Source: Candidatus Krumholzibacteriota bacterium
Lineage (GTDB): Bacteria > Krumholzibacteriota > Krumholzibacteriia > JAJRXK01
Direction of reading: 5' to 3'
DNA length: 64,000 bases
NCBI GenBank assembly: GCA_963806035.1
Contig: CAWDWO010000013.1
Location: forward strand, 1-64,000
The notes under the pieces are model-generated. The model ran no database searches and was not told the origin of the DNA. It saw only the letters and a list, made by a program, of their open reading frames with translations. Position 1 is the stretch's first letter. Every line of letters starts with the position of its first letter. A program made the translations under genes and the position numbers. Positions 60,995-64,000 of the stretch are shown piece after piece.

Positions 60995-61938
60995 GGCGGC
61001 TATTCGGCATTCTCGCGTTGCTCGCGCTCGGGGTGGCCTGCACGGCGTCAGCGCAGGTCGACCGCACCCCGGTGCACCGCATGGGGGGCCCCCCACCGGT
61101 CAGGATCCGCGCTGAAGCGGGTCTGGAAAAAATGGCCGACGGTATCCTCGAACTCTGGCCCAAGCTCGCGCCGCCGGTGGCGCAGGGTCTGGGGCTGCAA
61201 GCGCCCCGTCCGGTGGAGATCGTGGTCCTGAGCGGCGCGACCTTCCGTCCCTGGGCGCGCGGTCTGATTCCCGAGTGGGGGGCGGGCTTCACGAATTGGC
61301 CCACCGGTCCCATCGTGCTGGACGCGGACGCAGTGAGCGGCGGCGCCAAGAGTCTTCCTGAGATTTTGCGCCACGAACTTTCCCACGCCTATCTCGGGCA
61401 GCGGGTCGGCAGCAACGCCGGACTCCCGCGCTGGTTCGTCGAGGGCGTCGCGCAGGCGCAGTCCGGGGAGTGGCGCTGGCTCGACACCTTCGCTCTGGTT
61501 CGCGGCGCCGCGACGAACGACTTGCCCGCATTGGAGCGCATTCAGTTCGCCTTTCCCCGCGGCGGCTCGGCCGCGCGACAGGCCTACGCCCTGAGTCTGG
61601 CGGCCGTGCTCTCTCTGGAAGATCGTTTGCGCGAGGAGGGAGGATGGCGCGCGCTGGTGGATGCGGTTGCGCAGGGCGAGCGTTTCGATTCGGCTTTTCT
61701 CCGCCTGAGCGGCATCACGGTGCACTCCTTCGCCCTGTCCTTCGACGAGGGATTGAAGTCCCGCTACGGCTGGATCGCCGCGTTCACGCAGCTGGCGTCG
61801 GTGTTCCTGCTGATGACGCTGCTCTTCCTCGCCGGCTACGCGCGGACGGTATATCGCAATCGGCGCCGGCTGGCGGAGATGGAAGCGGAGGAAAACTCGG
61901 CGGCCGATGATCCCGGAAACTTCCCCACGCCGCTCTAG
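60931..61938 (+). CDS. Peptidase MA-like metallohydrolase (start uncertain)
   Basis: HELSH, PRWFVEGVA; C-terminal TM helix. Confidence 0.8.
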   Translation: MARHPPILQSHRRHQSNGSRLRRLFGILALLALGVACTASAQVDRTPVHRMGGPPPVRIRAEAGLEKMADGILELWPKLAPPVAQGLGLQAPRPVEIVVLSGATFRPWARGLIPEWGAGFTNWPTGPIVLDADAVSGGAKSLPEILRHELSHAYLGQRVGSNAGLPRWFVEGVAQAQSGEWRWLDTFALVRGAATNDLPALERIQFAFPRGGSAARQAYALSLAAVLSLEDRLREEGGWRALVDAVAQGERFDSAFLRLSGITVHSFALSFDEGLKSRYGWIAAFTQLASVFLLMTLLFLAGYARTVYRNRRRLAEMEAEENSAADDPGNFPTPL

Positions 61939-62846
61939 CGGACGGGCGGCGGACGTAACTCCGCATCCAGAACCTGCACTTTGATGGGATCGGAGATGGC
62001 GGGAACGAAGGCCGGGACCAGCGAGATGGAGCTCTCGGTTGCCATTCCCCACCAGTCGACCTGAGGGTCGTAGATCCCGTCGCCGCTCGTGTCCAGGATG
62101 ATGCCCATCGCGTAGTACTTACCCGCGGCGAGACCGTCGACGATCTGGGCGTAACGCACTCGCTCGGTGCTGGGATCCTCGAGGGTGGCGAGATCCACCG
62201 TGCTGGCCTGCAGTGCGAAGAGCTGCGCGGGCGAATTGGCGAAGCGCGCGGTGTCGAAATCGTAGAAGAGGAGCAGCGTGTACTTCGGTGAGGGTCCCCC
62301 CACCGTGCGTTGGCCGGCGATGGCCATGATGAAGCCCGAAGGCGCGCTCTGCGCCTTCGTCAAGAACTCCCACAGCCAGGGATGCGCGAAGCGGGGCCCG
62401 TCGATCAGAATTCGTTGCAGCTCGGTGCTCGCTTGGGGAGTGAAGCCGTCGATCCAGTAGATGGCCGAAGTGCTGCTGACGCGCCGCGTCCAACCATCCT
62501 CCACCTTCGGCCAGAAGCCGAAGCTGAGATCGCCGGGACTCGCCGTCTGATTCAAATCGAGCCTCAGGGAGGTGGGAAAGTTCACGTCGTACAAAACGTA
62601 GTCGTTGGGTTTGTCCGCGGTGGGAAAGGCGGGCACGGCATTCTGGATCTTCAGGCCGGTGGGAACGATGGCGTCTTCATAGGTGGGATTGGTGCACGAA
62701 GAGGCGCTCAAGAGGGGCAGAAGGACCCCCAAGAGGAGCAGTCCCAATCCACCACGCCACGAATCCGCGGCGCGCGGCAAGGGTGGCCTGAACTGCGCGC
62801 GAGCGGGAACTTTCGGGCGCTGGCGAAACATGACGGTGATGCGCAT
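61935..62846 (-). CDS. Hypothetical lipoprotein (start uncertain)
   Basis: Hydrophobic stretch plus ASSC; LDTSGDGIYDP. Confidence 0.65.
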   Translation of the reverse strand: MRITVMFRQRPKVPARAQFRPPLPRAADSWRGGLGLLLLGVLLPLLSASSCTNPTYEDAIVPTGLKIQNAVPAFPTADKPNDYVLYDVNFPTSLRLDLNQTASPGDLSFGFWPKVEDGWTRRVSSTSAIYWIDGFTPQASTELQRILIDGPRFAHPWLWEFLTKAQSAPSGFIMAIAGQRTVGGPSPKYTLLLFYDFDTARFANSPAQLFALQASTVDLATLEDPSTERVRYAQIVDGLAAGKYYAMGIILDTSGDGIYDPQVDWWGMATESSISLVPAFVPAISDPIKVQVLDAELRPPPVR

Positions 62847-62949
62847 GGCACCAAGATAAGCAGGGGGACAGTTGTGGGGCCAGGGGGGGCGCCCCCGGCC
62901 CCGGATTGCGCGCCTTGCCGCCTCGAGGCGGCGCGCTTCGAGCGCCTTC

Positions 62950-63375
62950 CTAGGCGCTCAAGTTCCAGAGTTTCATCCCGATACTCGCGTCGTGGGCGCG
63001 GTGCAGCTCGTACTCGCCGGGCCAGATCGAAAGCTCGGCGGTCGCGGTGACCGTGGCTGCGAAGAGGTGTCCGCCGACCAGGGTGAACTCGGGGTTGGCG
63101 GCGATGGCATGGACGTGGAGGAAGGAGGCGCCATCCTTCCAGGAGAGGTTGCCCGAGAGATTCAAGAGCTCGTGCGGACCGGGAAACTGGCGCCGGGTGT
63201 ACTCCTCACGCTCGAGATTCCAGTAGCCCAGGTCGAGCTTGTCGACGGCTCCGATGCCGATCACCGTGGCGTTGGGGATCTTCTGCTCCTCTGCGAAGCG
63301 CTGGACGGTCTGGATGAGCTCCTCGCCGCGCTGCAGGCGCATGAGGAGGCGGTTTCCGTCTTTCTTGAACTCCAT
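62950..63375 (-). CDS. PPC/DUF296 domain protein
   Basis: RL..GE, GIGA, LSGN, HVHA, GGHL. Confidence 0.88.
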   Translation of the reverse strand: MEFKKDGNRLLMRLQRGEELIQTVQRFAEEQKIPNATVIGIGAVDKLDLGYWNLEREEYTRRQFPGPHELLNLSGNLSWKDGASFLHVHAIAANPEFTLVGGHLFAATVTATAELSIWPGEYELHRAHDASIGMKLWNLSA

Positions 63376-63503
63376 GACTGATTCCTCTCCAGTGTTGGAT
63401 GACGATGGTGGGTGGTGCATCCCGCGGGGAAATACCACCGGTTGTTAAGGGGGAGAGCAACGCATACACTGCCAAGCCACGGCGGCGTTGCAAGAGGGAG
63501 AAG

Positions 63504-64000
63504 ATGACTTTGGCACACGAATTCTACCAGGGAAAAAAAGTTTTGGTCACCGGTGGATTGGGATTTCTGGGGAGTTCGCTGGCGATTGCGCTGGTAAAGG
63601 CCGGCGCGCGAGTGACGGTGCTGGATGCGATGATTCCGCTCTTCGGCGGCAACCGATTCAACGTGGAGCCGGTGAAGGATGAGATCGAGGTTCGGATTCA
63701 GGACATACGCGACCCCGAGCCGACAAAAGCCGCGGTGGTGGGCAAGGACATTCTCTTTCACATCGGAATGCAGACCAGTCACGTCGATTCGATGACTCGG
63801 CCGTTGTGGGACGTGGACATCAACTGTCGGGGAAACCTCGTCGTCTACGAGGCGGTGCGTCATCACGCTCCGCAGTGTCACGTGATCTACGCGGGCACTC
63901 GCGGCCAGTACGGTGTGCCGCGCGAGACGCCGGTCACCGAAGAACACCCCATGCGTCCCACCGACATCTACGGGGTGAACAAAGTGGCGGCGGAGCTCTA
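63504..64000 (+). CDS. NAD-dependent epimerase/dehydratase (runs off window)
   Basis: Manual translation: KKVLVTGGLGFLGS...TSHVDSM...YGVNK. Confidence 0.9.
   Translation, partial: MTLAHEFYQGKKVLVTGGLGFLGSSLAIALVKAGARVTVLDAMIPLFGGNRFNVEPVKDEIEVRIQDIRDPEPTKAAVVGKDILFHIGMQTSHVDSMTRPLWDVDINCRGNLVVYEAVRHHAPQCHVIYAGTRGQYGVPRETPVTEEHPMRPTDIYGVNKVAAEL

Overview
GC-rich bacterial DNA. The FlgD/T9SS-like C-terminal domains, the Bacteroidota-type sdhCAB and the many lipoproteins suggest an FCB-related candidate lineage such as Krumholzibacteriota, Latescibacterota or Eisenbacteria (inference). Housekeeping genes include yjbQ, moeB, sdhCAB, moaA, pit/DUF47/ppx, folA-thyA, ferredoxin, pepF, egtD, two ECF sigma/anti-sigma pairs and an OmpA-family gene. 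These are interleaved with accessory blocks of secreted proteins. I found no rRNA, tRNA, CRISPR-cas, transposase or integrase. Five genes carry apparent 1-bp frameshifts, probably assembly errors. Most notable: (1) four secreted proteins share a C-terminal PV-x-S[WFV][GS]xLK[AS]x[FY] tail, three of them directly downstream of an FlgD-CTD gene; (2) two near-identical 165/166-bp rod-like hairpins flank a sigma54-driven lipoprotein with three pilin-like domains; (3) a TPR-sigma54 activator abuts a small secreted GDPGGGE protein and sits next to a 34-bp-period palindrome array; (4) a membrane-anchored regulator lies next to a candidate sRNA; (5) a trypsin-like lipoprotein protease is followed by a stand-alone copy of its pro-domain.
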